Assembly (NCBI RefSeq): GCF_003945235.1
Contig: NZ_RSDW01000001.1
Location: forward strand, 1,050,001-1,082,000
Source: Edaphobacter aggregans
Lineage (GTDB): Bacteria > Acidobacteriota > Terriglobia > Terriglobales > Acidobacteriaceae
Length of the DNA: 32,000 nucleotides
Direction of reading: 5' to 3'
The notes beneath the pieces were generated by a model. That model was given only the letters and a program-made list of their open reading frames with translations, was not told the DNA's origin and made no database searches. The translations under genes and the position numbers were made by a program. Each line of letters opens with the position of its first letter. The stretch's first letter is position 1. This document shows positions 1 to 8,950 of the stretch, one piece after another.

Positions 1-1
1 C

Positions 2-622
2 GAGGAATTCAAGGGGCAGTTCAACTCCTCGAAAACTCTGCGAATCAAAGCCAAACGTCTTTATGAATCAGTTGGCGATCACGCCGGCGTCGCCGTGGCC
101 TCCAGCAATCTTGCGCAGCTAGCCTTCCATCAGAATGATCTGCCTACAGCTCGCAAGAACATGGCCGAGGCATTTCGCGAAGCACAACTCACAAATCAGA
201 TCACCGACAACAATCTTGCAGCAATGTACACCGTGAAGAGCGCCCTCTCATATATGGAGAAGGACTTCCACGCGGCGATCGCGGCAGACCAGCACGCCAT
301 AGATATCTGGACTCGTGTCCACGGCCCCGAATTCTACCAACTAGGACTTGCCTATAGACTCCGCGGCCAGGCATCCAGTCAACTCGGTGATAGTCAGCAG
401 GCGATCTCCGATCTCCAGCATGCGCTGAAGCTTTTAGAAGGAATCCCGGGCAAAAATAGTCAAACCTATTTAATGACAGAGCTCATCTACGCGCGCATGC
501 TTCGCGATGCAGGATCGACCCAGGAGGCCGAATTCCTTGAGAAGAAGGCGCAGACTGCTCTTACGACCGTTCGCATTCAGCAGTGCGGCGGTTGTACCAT
601 TAGCGCAGAAAGCTTCCGGTAG
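2..622 (+). CDS. TPR-repeat protein, C-terminal part (5' end outside the window)
   Basis: Frame 2 is open from base 2 (EEFKGQFNSS...) into the listed 95..622 ORF. It has helical TPR-like repeats rich in Ala/Leu/Tyr (AMYTVKSALSYMEKDFHAAIAADQHAIDIW; LGLAYRLRGQASSQLGDSQQAISDLQHALKL). Stop at 620-622. Confidence 0.6.
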   Translation, partial: EEFKGQFNSSKTLRIKAKRLYESVGDHAGVAVASSNLAQLAFHQNDLPTARKNMAEAFREAQLTNQITDNNLAAMYTVKSALSYMEKDFHAAIAADQHAIDIWTRVHGPEFYQLGLAYRLRGQASSQLGDSQQAISDLQHALKLLEGIPGKNSQTYLMTELIYARMLRDAGSTQEAEFLEKKAQTALTTVRIQQCGGCTISAESFR

Positions 623-629
623 GGTGACA

Positions 630-1766
630 ATGAAGCAGCGACGCGAAACCTACACCAACGGCATTTCATCCGCGCTTGAATTAGGCTCGCTGCACCTTCG
701 CGGAACATTTGTGGCGCTTGCGGCGGCGGTAATCATGTCTTTCCTCACCGCCACCGTCTGCCACGGGTTTGTTAATTCGACCCACTCGGCCCCCATGACC
801 CCCGCGCTGCTCTTCGGTGCAGCCTTCTGGCTCTGGTGGGGAGTCGTCGCAATCGCCATGTGGTGGTTTGCGCAGCGATGGCCCTCCCTGCTCACTTGCA
901 CGGCGCGAAGCCTTTCTCTTCACGCCGTACTTGCCTGCCTGCTGGGTCTCGCACACCTGGCATTGTTGCAGCAAATGCTCAACTTCGCCGCCCGGCATTG
1001 GCCAGCCTGGGCCCCCGCGATGGACTACTTTAATCTCATGCGATTTGGATTCGAATTCCTGCTCTACGGATTCGTCCTCGGATTCTCCGGGCTGCTCCAT
1101 GTGCAATCGCAGGCCCAGCGAGACGCAATGCGCTCCCTCGAGTTGGAAAAGCAGCTCTCGCAAGCTCAACTCAAAGCCCTGCAGATGCAGCTAGAGCCGC
1201 ACTTCCTCTTCAACACGCTCAATGCGGTGACCACGCTGGTCGAGCTAGGAAGAAACCAGGAAGCCTCCGAGACACTCGCACACCTCAATACCATTCTGCG
1301 AACAACCCTGCAGCGAAATACCCCTGAAAAAGTCCCCTTCGCACAGGAATTGCAAGTGGTCGAAAGCTACCTGGCAATCCAGCAGGTCCGTTTTGCAGAC
1401 CGTCTCCGCGTGCAGTTCCATACAACACCCGAAGCGCTCGACGGCCTCGTCCCCTGCTTCATCCTGCAGCCCATCATTGAGAACGCCATCCGCCATGGAA
1501 TCTCCCACCGCGAAAGCGATGGCCTGCTCGAAACCTCTGTCGAACGCATCGGCGACAAACTAAGCCTGCGCGTCCGCGACAATGGCCCGGGCCTGAACGG
1601 CTCCTCGAAGCAGAGCAATGGCCATGGCATCGGCATGCGCAACACGCGCGAGCGCCTCTCTTACTTCTATCCCGGCGCATACGACTTAGTTGCCGTCGAA
1701 CCCGAGACCGGCGGGTACGAAGTCACCATCCGAATTCCCTACGAGCGCCAGAGATCACGCGCATGA
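630..1766 (+). CDS. LytS/YehU-family sensor histidine kinase (membrane bound)
   Basis: Several N-terminal hydrophobic segments precede the LytS-type phospho-acceptor block LEPHFLFNTLNAV and the HATPase boxes IENAIRHG, RDNGPG and GHGIGMRN. The ATG at 630 lies just after the upstream stop. The listed 507 start would overlap the TPR gene with an Arg-rich junk extension. Confidence 0.85.
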   Translation: MKQRRETYTNGISSALELGSLHLRGTFVALAAAVIMSFLTATVCHGFVNSTHSAPMTPALLFGAAFWLWWGVVAIAMWWFAQRWPSLLTCTARSLSLHAVLACLLGLAHLALLQQMLNFAARHWPAWAPAMDYFNLMRFGFEFLLYGFVLGFSGLLHVQSQAQRDAMRSLELEKQLSQAQLKALQMQLEPHFLFNTLNAVTTLVELGRNQEASETLAHLNTILRTTLQRNTPEKVPFAQELQVVESYLAIQQVRFADRLRVQFHTTPEALDGLVPCFILQPIIENAIRHGISHRESDGLLETSVERIGDKLSLRVRDNGPGLNGSSKQSNGHGIGMRNTRERLSYFYPGAYDLVAVEPETGGYEVTIRIPYERQRSRA

Positions 1767-2539
1767 AGCTCAAAACCATCGTTGCGGACGACGAGCCGCT
1801 GGCAAGAGAGAGGCTCAAGCTCCTCCTCTCACACGATGACGAGGTCGAAGTCATCGCCGAATGCCGGAACGGTAAGGAGACCATCGCACGTCTGAAATCC
1901 GCTCCGGCCGACCTGCTCTTCCTCGATATCCAGATGCCCGGCATCGGAGGTTTCGACGTCATCGACTCCATGGGTCTTCCTCATATGCCCCCAACCGTCT
2001 TCGTAACCGCGCATCACGAGTTCGCAGTCAAAGCCTTCGCCGTACAAGCCATCGACTACCTCACCAAGCCCATCGAACCCTCGCGCCTGCAAGACACACT
2101 CGCCCGCGTAAAAGACCGAATTGCCGGCAACGCAGCGCTCCAAACCAAAGAACAGTTGTCCGACGCCCTGGCCGCCTTGCGAAACCCAGCCCGCAACGAC
2201 AGACCTTGGCAGGAACGCTTCATCGTTCGAGACGGCGCCAAAGATGTCCTCATCAACGTCAGCGACATCGATTGGATCGAAGCAGCAGACTACTACTCCT
2301 GTCTGCACGTCGGCGGCAGAAAGTACATGCTGCGCGAGAGCATCAAGCAGTTAAGCACCAAACTCGACCCCGCCAGATTCGTACGTCTTCATCGATCAGT
2401 CATCGCAAAAATCGAACAAGTTAAAGAGATTCATCGAGACGGCCGAGCCGAGTACTTCGTCGTCTTGGCCAGCGGTCAGCGCCTAAAGATGAGCAAGGTC
2501 GGCTGGAAAAACCTCACCACAGCCAACAACACCCCGTAA
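1763..2539 (+). CDS. LytTR-family response regulator (receiver + LytTR DNA-binding domain)
   Basis: Receiver motifs are present (IVADDEP, LLFLDIQMPG, YLTKP). The C-terminal LytTR block reads DIDWIEAADYYSCLHVGGRKYMLRESIKQL...FVRLHRSVI. ATGA start/stop overlap with the kinase at 1763-1766. Confidence 0.9.
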   Translation: MKLKTIVADDEPLARERLKLLLSHDDEVEVIAECRNGKETIARLKSAPADLLFLDIQMPGIGGFDVIDSMGLPHMPPTVFVTAHHEFAVKAFAVQAIDYLTKPIEPSRLQDTLARVKDRIAGNAALQTKEQLSDALAALRNPARNDRPWQERFIVRDGAKDVLINVSDIDWIEAADYYSCLHVGGRKYMLRESIKQLSTKLDPARFVRLHRSVIAKIEQVKEIHRDGRAEYFVVLASGQRLKMSKVGWKNLTTANNTP

Positions 2540-2551
2540 TATGGTGCGCAT

Positions 2552-3319
2552 ATGGAGAGGCATACTTTTCGTCACGACGGACTGCGGCTCTCGTATCTCG
2601 ATTCGGGCGGTACAGGCCGAGTACTTATTGCCCTGCACGCGCACATCATGGAGGCCGTAACCTTTGCCCCTCTGGCCGAGGAGTTGGCCCCCAAATGGCG
2701 CATAATCGCACTCGACCAACGCGGCCACGGACACTCCGACCACGCCCCTACCTACACGCGTGACAACTATATTCGCGATCTGGAGGCCCTCTTCGAGCAC
2801 CTGAGTCTCACCGATGCCGTTCTCCTGGGCAACTCCCTCGGCGGAGTCAACGCATATCAGTTCGCCGCACGGCATCCCGACAAGATCCGTGGCCTCATCA
2901 TCGAAGACATCGGCGTCGAAATTGGAGATGACTTAGGTTTCGTGCTCGCCTGGGACGGCGAGTTTGCAACCCGAGAGGCCCTCGCGGAGTCTATAGGCCC
3001 ACGCTTCTTGCCCTACCTCAAAGACGCGTTCCGCGAGACCCCCACCGGCTGGAAACTAGCATTCGCCCCCCACGACATCGTAGCCTCCGGAAGATGCCTG
3101 GCAGGGAATCACTGGCAGGACTGGCTCGCCACCCAGTGCCCCGCCCTGTTCCTCCGCGGACGCGACAGTAACGTGACGACCCACGCCGCCACGGAGCGGA
3201 TGGTCGCCCGACGACCGAACACGCTTCTGGAAACGCTCGACGGCGGACACATCCTCCACTTCGATAACCCGATGGGCTTCGCAAACGCGGTACGAGAATT
3301 TCTACATCAGTTCGAATAA
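2552..3319 (+). CDS. alpha/beta-fold hydrolase
   Basis: HG-type oxyanion region (LIALHA), nucleophile elbow GNSLGG, and a C-terminal acid/His region (LDGGHILHFDNP). It starts 12 nt after the LytTR gene and is probably co-transcribed. Confidence 0.8.
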   Translation: MERHTFRHDGLRLSYLDSGGTGRVLIALHAHIMEAVTFAPLAEELAPKWRIIALDQRGHGHSDHAPTYTRDNYIRDLEALFEHLSLTDAVLLGNSLGGVNAYQFAARHPDKIRGLIIEDIGVEIGDDLGFVLAWDGEFATREALAESIGPRFLPYLKDAFRETPTGWKLAFAPHDIVASGRCLAGNHWQDWLATQCPALFLRGRDSNVTTHAATERMVARRPNTLLETLDGGHILHFDNPMGFANAVREFLHQFE

Positions 3320-3514
3320 AGGCAGCGCGGACTCCCGCGTAAACGACAGTGGAGCACTTGACACACCCGATACTCCTACTAGCCATGGAAAGAGAAGCCC
3401 GCCAAAAACCCGACCCTTTCGTTGGACTAAACTCGCACGGAAGTCCGACATTAAGCCCATTACTTTGAATACTTTGGAACTTTTTTGTATACCAGGGGGG
3501 AGGCCCCCCGAAAG

Positions 3515-4591
3515 TCACAAGTCAGCATCCGCAGACGCCAGTTCCCTCACCCCCGACTTGAGCGCGTGAACGATGCCGGCAACGCGTTCCACGATAAGGC
3601 CGACCTGGTGGTCATTGTGGTAGCCATCCCGCTGGGCACGAGCATGTCCAGCCGCAGCAATACGGTTCCGCGCAGCCTCATCCGGCAGGTAACGCCGAAT
3701 CTTCTGGACGCACTCCTCGAAGCTCGAGAAAAAGACAGCCTCTTCGTCCTCGCGGAACCGCTGCAGATGACCATCAGAGCGTTCGGCCAGCAAAAATCCC
3801 CCGCAGCCAGCAATCTCGAAGCTCTTATGCACAAACTCGTCCTGATTGGAACGAGTAATGAAGCTGAGGTTGATCTTCGAGCGCCAGATGGCCTCACGGT
3901 ACTGCTGCTGATACAGTTCGCCCCCGCGATAGAGACCTGAAAAAGCCTCTGGCGAGAGCGCCCGCTGCCACGAACGCTGATTGCCCGAGATGACAACCTT
4001 GAACTCACTCGAAAGCCTGCTGAGCGTCTCGGCGCGGTCATCGTAAGGAGTACCCACAAAGGAGACCTCACGATTACGATCCTGATCGGACCAACCGCCC
4101 GGCGACGGAAAGTGGATCGTAGGCTCGTAGGCGGTTTGGATCTTGATGACGTCCCGCGCCCCCCGGCTTCGGTAGTCAGCAATGTTCTTGTCACGCTGGA
4201 CAACGTGAAGATCGTAATGAGGAATGTCCTTCATATATAGCCGCCAACCAGGATCGCGTCGTGGGCCGAAGGGGTTGTCGATCATGTAGCTGACAGTGAC
4301 AATGCCCAGTGCGCGAAGTCGATCGAGTGTGCCGGGCCGCATGGAAAGAAGCTTGTCGGCCCAGAGGATGTCAGGCTTCTCCTGCTGGGCGAGGCAAAGG
4401 ATGTCGTGATTGAGGCGATCGACCGAGGGTCCAGCAGCAAGACGAAAAGCGATCTTGCGAAGCACCGGATTATGCGGTTCGTAGTCGAAAGCGTTCAACG
4501 GGATAACGTGATGGCCGAGACGCTCCAAGGCCCACAGGCGATAGAGCGAGGAATCGTTTGGGGAGAGGCCCGTAGCGTAGAGAATCTTCAT
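3515..4591 (-). CDS. glycosyltransferase-like protein (CgeB/DUF3880-type)
   Basis: Full-length 358-aa ORF. The N-terminus MKILYATGLSP..LYRLWALERLGHHV and the C-terminal FEIAGCGGFLLAERSD...F..DEEAVFF resemble CgeB-family GT-B proteins. The family call is from memory of the sequence pattern. Confidence 0.6.
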   Translation of the reverse strand: MKILYATGLSPNDSSLYRLWALERLGHHVIPLNAFDYEPHNPVLRKIAFRLAAGPSVDRLNHDILCLAQQEKPDILWADKLLSMRPGTLDRLRALGIVTVSYMIDNPFGPRRDPGWRLYMKDIPHYDLHVVQRDKNIADYRSRGARDVIKIQTAYEPTIHFPSPGGWSDQDRNREVSFVGTPYDDRAETLSRLSSEFKVVISGNQRSWQRALSPEAFSGLYRGGELYQQQYREAIWRSKINLSFITRSNQDEFVHKSFEIAGCGGFLLAERSDGHLQRFREDEEAVFFSSFEECVQKIRRYLPDEAARNRIAAAGHARAQRDGYHNDHQVGLIVERVAGIVHALKSGVRELASADADL

Positions 4592-4743
4592 CCAGCCCTA
4601 GTGTAGCCGTAGCCAACGTCCGCCGAAATCAGGGAAGAAGAAGGTGGCACCTCTTGCTGCAACGCCCCGGAGATCACCTTAGGACTCACGGTTGGCGAGC
4701 CCGCCAGTTTTGGGAAGTCTCTCAGTAGAAGATGGAGGTAGTC

Positions 4744-4772
4744 AAAACCTCGCTCACCAACGTCGAGCGAGG
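4744..4772 (-). terminator. rho-independent terminator downstream of the carbonic anhydrase gene
   Basis: Minus strand reads CCTCGCTC-gacgttggt-GAGCGAGG followed by TTTTG. The 8-bp stem arms are at 4748-4755 and 4765-4772, and the U-tract is at 4744-4747. Confidence 0.65.
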
Positions 4773-4779
4773 TCTCGAG

Positions 4780-5523
4780 CTAATCCAGCAGGGTGACGCT
4801 GCCAGCGCCGAGGTCATAGTACCCGGCGACGACTTTAACCTTGCCTTCTTTCACCATAGCTGCGATGACAGTCGACCCCTCCCGGAGCAGCGCGGCCTGA
4901 ATCTTTGCGTTTGCCTTGGTAACGGCTACAACGTCCGGTCCTGCCTGGTTTACGGCCGGCCGGATATGCGGGAATAGTGCGCTGATCTGTCCAGGAACTT
5001 CATTGTTAGCGATTGCCGCCTTCATTGCTCCACACCCGGCATGCCCGAGTACAAGGATCACTTTTGTGCCCAATACGGCGGCACCAAACTCGTGGCTGGC
5101 GATGAGTTCGGGGGTGACAACATTGCCGGCTACACGGGTAACGAAGATATGACCGATGGTCTGATCGAAGATCAATTCGATCGGCACACGTGAGTCGGCA
5201 CAAGAGAGGACTGCTGCAAACGGCTCCTGCCCTTCTACTGTGTGTTGCCTCAGAATCGCGAGATCCTTTTCGCAATGAGTCATGTTGTTCGATATGAAAC
5301 GCCGATTGCCGTCCATGAGTTCCTTCAACGCAGCATCGGGGCTAGATATAGTTTGCGCGAGCGCCTGAGTGGGAAAGACGGATCTCATCGCTCCTGTTGT
5401 GAACAATCCCGCCATGGTTCCGGTCAGCGTGGTTTGCAGGAACCGCCGCCTGGAAGGACTGGGCGCGGTATGTGCATTGAAATCCTGATTCTCGTCGGAA
5501 TGCTGTTCGCTTGCATGTTTCAT
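4780..5523 (-). CDS. beta-class carbonic anhydrase with twin-arginine (Tat) signal peptide
   Basis: Zinc-ligand motifs CADSRVP and GHAGCGAM are present, as is the Tat motif SRRRFLQTTLTG. The ATG at 5523 is preceded by GGAAGGGGAAAAG. The listed 5583 start adds 20 aa without an RBS. Confidence 0.85.
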   Translation of the reverse strand: MKHASEQHSDENQDFNAHTAPSPSRRRFLQTTLTGTMAGLFTTGAMRSVFPTQALAQTISSPDAALKELMDGNRRFISNNMTHCEKDLAILRQHTVEGQEPFAAVLSCADSRVPIELIFDQTIGHIFVTRVAGNVVTPELIASHEFGAAVLGTKVILVLGHAGCGAMKAAIANNEVPGQISALFPHIRPAVNQAGPDVVAVTKANAKIQAALLREGSTVIAAMVKEGKVKVVAGYYDLGAGSVTLLD

Positions 5524-5607
5524 CTTTTCCCCTTCCGATACACGTTGTCTTCTGGTTGTCCCGGTCGGATTCTTTAGTCGCATTTAAGTGAGTCCTGATG
5601 GGTAAGT

Positions 5608-5636
5608 GATTACAAGGCATAAATCAGCGGTGTCAA
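5608..5636 (-). promoter_or_regulatory. candidate sigma70-type promoter for the carbonic anhydrase gene
   Basis: Minus strand has TTGACA (5636-5631), a 17-nt spacer, then GTAATC (5613-5608), about 85 nt upstream of the ATG. The -10 hexamer is weak. Confidence 0.25.
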
Positions 5637-5928
5637 AAAAACAGGCGTGCACGGAGACAAGGCCTATATGGTGTACAACTAGAAAACCACGCGAAACTTT
5701 ATGCTCCGAACCACCATGTGATCCACCGTAGGGTTGAATGAAGGATTGAATATGAATTGGCCCCCTGGCGTATTTTCATTGCCGAGATTGCGTTGGTTCG
5801 TCACTTTTTATGCGTCAAATATTCGAGGCGACATGCCTAATTTTTCGCCTGTTGTTAGACGAGAGGTGACGGGTGTTCGATTCGTGTGGTCACTACGAGT
5901 GGAGTGATATTGGAATAAGCCAAAAGAG

Positions 5929-6471
5929 TCAGGCTGGCGAATCGACTAGTCTGCGCCCCTTAAGACCCATCATGAGGCGAGTGAGACCTGTCAGAAGCAT
6001 GCTGATGCCCACCAAGGTCCCCAAAGCCCAGAGAGAACTGACGGGCCAATGCTTCCATATCATCACGCCGAGGAGGAGAGTTACGATTCCGTGCAGCAGC
6101 AGCCATTCGGAGCCAACACTCTTGCGGGACCAAATAAAAGTGCCGATATCCGTAATGCCTTCTATGAAGAAAAAGACGGCAAGCATGAGGGTGAGACCGG
6201 CAAGTCCGATCAAGGGATGCACCAACAAGTACCCTCCGACAAAGATGTACAGAACGGAGACCAGAAGCTTCCAAATTTTGCTTCCGACACCTTCAGACTT
6301 GAAGGCATACACGAGCTGGATAATGCCCTCGAAGAGAATGAGCCATGAAAGCACCCTGGCGACTCCGATTGAGGCGAGCGCCGGCAAACTGATTGCGAGT
6401 ATTCCGAGGACTATGAGAAGAATCGCAAACCAGACGGATGATTTATAACTTTGCCGGGGCTCCGCACTCAT
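5929..6471 (-). CDS. HdeD-family (DUF308) acid-resistance-type membrane protein
   Basis: 180 aa with six hydrophobic segments and the family-typical start W..ILLIVLGILAI..P......V.....ILF.GI..L..AF. Confidence 0.7.
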   Translation of the reverse strand: MSAEPRQSYKSSVWFAILLIVLGILAISLPALASIGVARVLSWLILFEGIIQLVYAFKSEGVGSKIWKLLVSVLYIFVGGYLLVHPLIGLAGLTLMLAVFFFIEGITDIGTFIWSRKSVGSEWLLLHGIVTLLLGVMIWKHWPVSSLWALGTLVGISMLLTGLTRLMMGLKGRRLVDSPA

Positions 6472-6508
6472 ATCGATGTGTCTCCTGCTGGTATTTATGT
6501 CGACGTGT

Positions 6509-7108
6509 TTACCGGCTCGGTAGTGACGCTGGTTGCTGCAAGCGGAATTCGAGCAATGTGCCGGCAGGAATATTGATCTGCTCTCCTCTCGAAATCAGAG
6601 AACTCGCGCCTCCCCCAGCAGCACCGATCGCCGCTCCACGCCCTGCGTTTCCTCCGATCGCACCGATCACCGCCCCAAGACCAGCTCCGCCTGCGGTGCG
6701 CCGTGCTGTACCGCCGAGGGCATTGGCTCCCTGAACGCTATAGTCGTTGCTGAGAATCGGAAAGCGTGTGTTGTTGATTACAATGTCAGTTAGCTCCAGC
6801 GACAGTTCCGATCTCCCGGCTGCGCGTCCAGCGCCTGACGATTGAATGATTCGACCGTGAACCACGGCTCCAGCCGGGGCGGCAACAGTATTTCCAGACA
6901 TGACATTTGTCTCGAGGCGACCGGTAAACAAAGTACCGGCACGATTCCTGCCCGAGCCAATCGAATCCGTCATACGGATCAAGAGCCGTGTTCCGGCTGG
7001 AACCGATATCATTCCTTGTTGTGCCCTTGCCGATGTGATCGCCGCAGCGCACAAAAATATCAGAAGTGTGGCTAGCGAGCTTTTACGGAATTGCAATAAC
7101 TTTTTCAT
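6509..7108 (-). CDS. secreted protein with beta-rich N-domain and C-terminal glycine-zipper
   Basis: Signal peptide MKKLLQFRKSSLATLLIFLCAAAITSARAQ. Repeated P-A-G-T/A blocks (ISVPAGTRLLIRM, VAAPAGAVVHGRI, INIPAGTLLEF). Glycine zipper GGAGLGAVIGAIGGNAGRGAAIGAAGGGA. Confidence 0.6.
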   Translation of the reverse strand: MKKLLQFRKSSLATLLIFLCAAAITSARAQQGMISVPAGTRLLIRMTDSIGSGRNRAGTLFTGRLETNVMSGNTVAAPAGAVVHGRIIQSSGAGRAAGRSELSLELTDIVINNTRFPILSNDYSVQGANALGGTARRTAGGAGLGAVIGAIGGNAGRGAAIGAAGGGASSLISRGEQINIPAGTLLEFRLQQPASLPSR

Positions 7109-7158
7109 CTCTCAAATCCTTCCTGCCTTAGCGTGGCTGTGGGTTAATCCCGTTTCGA

Positions 7159-7668
7159 TCACGATTGATTTGCGGGCAGCTTTGAAGCAACTTGAAGATC
7201 GTAGATGTGCTGCAGCTGGCTATCGACTTCGAAGAATTTAGTGGCGATTTCTGCGGACAGGGCCTTCTTCATGGTGTCGTAATACTTCTTCCGCAGTTCG
7301 GCACGCTGTGTTTCTAGCTCAAGCGACTTACTCATCACTTGATCGGCCGCATCATCGGAAATGCTCGGATAATCCTTGGCGTAATCGCTCATTAGTTGAG
7401 CCTCGGCGTCATCCAACTTCGCCCGCTCCGCTTCATAGTCCTTGTAAATCGGCCAAAATGTTTGGGAATCTGCGTCGCTAAGGTGCATGATCTCCTTGAC
7501 GAGCATCTCCCTCTTCGCATTGACGTCCATCCTGAGGAGCTTCTCGTATGCCTGGAGATTGAGTTCCTTATCGCTAGTCGTCTTCGGATCTTTCGCAAAA
7601 GTAGACTGTGTTGCCAGAAACGGCAAAGCGACGACGCAGACTAATAGGGTTCCTTTGATTGTTTTCAT
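7159..7668 (-). CDS. secreted all-helical hypothetical protein
   Basis: Signal peptide MKTIKGTLLVCVVALPFLATQSTFA. The remainder is charged and helical (E/K/D/A/L rich). I recognise no family. Confidence 0.5.
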   Translation of the reverse strand: MKTIKGTLLVCVVALPFLATQSTFAKDPKTTSDKELNLQAYEKLLRMDVNAKREMLVKEIMHLSDADSQTFWPIYKDYEAERAKLDDAEAQLMSDYAKDYPSISDDAADQVMSKSLELETQRAELRKKYYDTMKKALSAEIATKFFEVDSQLQHIYDLQVASKLPANQS

Positions 7669-7782
7669 GCCGTACCACCTTTCACAAGATTGTTAGGGCT
7701 TGTGTGTCCCATCTCACGAGACACGGTTTTGCTCTCGCAATCTTCCAGCCGCAGGCAGACTGCGAGAGCGTCACGTGGTTAT

Positions 7783-8772
7783 TCATCTTTCCCCCGCCGC
7801 CGGCACCCATCCGCTATCAGCGGATATCAACTCCACGCCGGCTACGCTGGTGCTTATGTTGAATGATCGCAAACCAGCCCGCCTATCGGGTCGGGCTCCA
7901 AACTCCAGGAGAAACTGGTTATCGAGGCTATTTTGTAGACGATCCAGAAATGGTCTGAAACTGACCGGAGCCTGGAGTCCGAGGAAGAAAGCTTCACCGC
8001 CGGTCCGATCTGACAACTGTGCCATAGCATTCTGTCCGTTGGTTGCTTCCCAGAAGTTTCGATGCATGTGTCCAACCCCAGGGGTGTATAGCCCATAGAT
8101 GATGGTTCCTGTCCGTTGGGCAATATTGGCTGTGGTAGTCACGTCGGGAATAGTGTTGAGACCGCGAGTGGGTGTTGTACGTCTGGCCCGATCGATTCCG
8201 TCCGTGATCATAACCAGTGCCCGACGGTTCGCATGTTGAGGCCAACGATTCATCAGGTCGTTCGCAGAAAGATAGGGACTGCCGAACGCTCCCGCATTAC
8301 GCAAAGGCAATCGCAGGGCGTTGGCCGCCAGAGCATGATCCGTTGTAAAGTTCTGGGCGATTTGCACCGTGGCATTCCGCATATAGCCAACACCGACTGA
8401 CGTAGATGGCGGCTGAGCGTTGATAAAGGCGCGTAGGTCGTTGAGCTGAGACCCCAAGCTCGTGTCGGAAGCGTCATCGATCAGGATAAAAAGATCGAGT
8501 CCGGCTGCCGCTCCGCGCGCAGGCACCCATTTGGTGACGCGCAGTGTCTCTCGGCGCTGCCTCACGCTCACATCATTCTGGCTTACAGTAGGCGCGCTCC
8601 CATCACTCAAACCGGATGCGGTTACGGTCATTCGCACAGGGACTGTAGGCCCAGCTGCCTCTTGCTGTGCAGTTTCCTGCGCGCGCGCCGCAAAAACGGT
8701 CGCAAATATCAAAATGAAAAGAGTAAGAACCTCACGTCTGATACGGTACTGTTTCATCCGATCCTCCTTCAT
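7783..8772 (-). CDS. secreted von Willebrand factor A (VWA) domain protein, Acidobacteria-type
   Basis: Signal peptide ...LTLFILIFATVFAARAQ. MIDAS-like LFILIDDASDTS and a later VMITDGIDR. An alternative start at 8757 (MKQYRI) has the better RBS (AAGGAGG). Confidence 0.75.
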   Translation of the reverse strand: MKEDRMKQYRIRREVLTLFILIFATVFAARAQETAQQEAAGPTVPVRMTVTASGLSDGSAPTVSQNDVSVRQRRETLRVTKWVPARGAAAGLDLFILIDDASDTSLGSQLNDLRAFINAQPPSTSVGVGYMRNATVQIAQNFTTDHALAANALRLPLRNAGAFGSPYLSANDLMNRWPQHANRRALVMITDGIDRARRTTPTRGLNTIPDVTTTANIAQRTGTIIYGLYTPGVGHMHRNFWEATNGQNAMAQLSDRTGGEAFFLGLQAPVSFRPFLDRLQNSLDNQFLLEFGARPDRRAGLRSFNISTSVAGVELISADSGWVPAAGER

Positions 8773-8897
8773 CTCTCATCCTCCGCAGCGCCCAAACGTC
8801 GCTCTGAACGGGATTTGTAGAGGCCGGTTCCACTGGAGTGGCCATCGAGGAAATCTCCCGCCAAGGCTTCACGTCGCGCTGAGTTGAAGCCGCGCTA

Positions 8898-8944
8898 ACT
8901 ATAAAAACCTTTGTTAGATAGGGCAATTGGACCTTAGTCCAATC
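8898..8944 (-). promoter_or_regulatory. operator-plus-promoter upstream of the VWA gene
   Basis: Minus strand reads GATTGGACTAAGGTCCAATTGC (8944-8923, palindrome ATTGGAC-N4-GTCCAAT). It overlaps a -35 TTGCCC (8926-8921), followed by a 17-nt spacer and a -10 TATAGT (8903-8898). The 22-mer is identical to 14536-14557. Confidence 0.6.
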
Positions 8945-8950
8945 GGCGAT

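Noticed and set aside
507-629. Upstream extension of the LytS-type kinase ORF
   Set aside because: It overlaps the TPR gene in another frame and translates to an Arg-rich, low-complexity peptide. The ATG at 630, just after the upstream stop, is the sensible start.
3495-3509. G6-AGG-C6 hairpin 5 nt after the glycosyltransferase stop, considered as a terminator
   Set aside because: No U-tract follows on the minus strand; an A-run does. On the plus strand the T-run precedes rather than follows the stem, so I did not call it a terminator.
7783-8772. VWA protein as a second sortase substrate
   Set aside because: Its C-terminus (...ISADSGWVPAAGER) has no LPxTG-like motif, hydrophobic tail or basic anchor.
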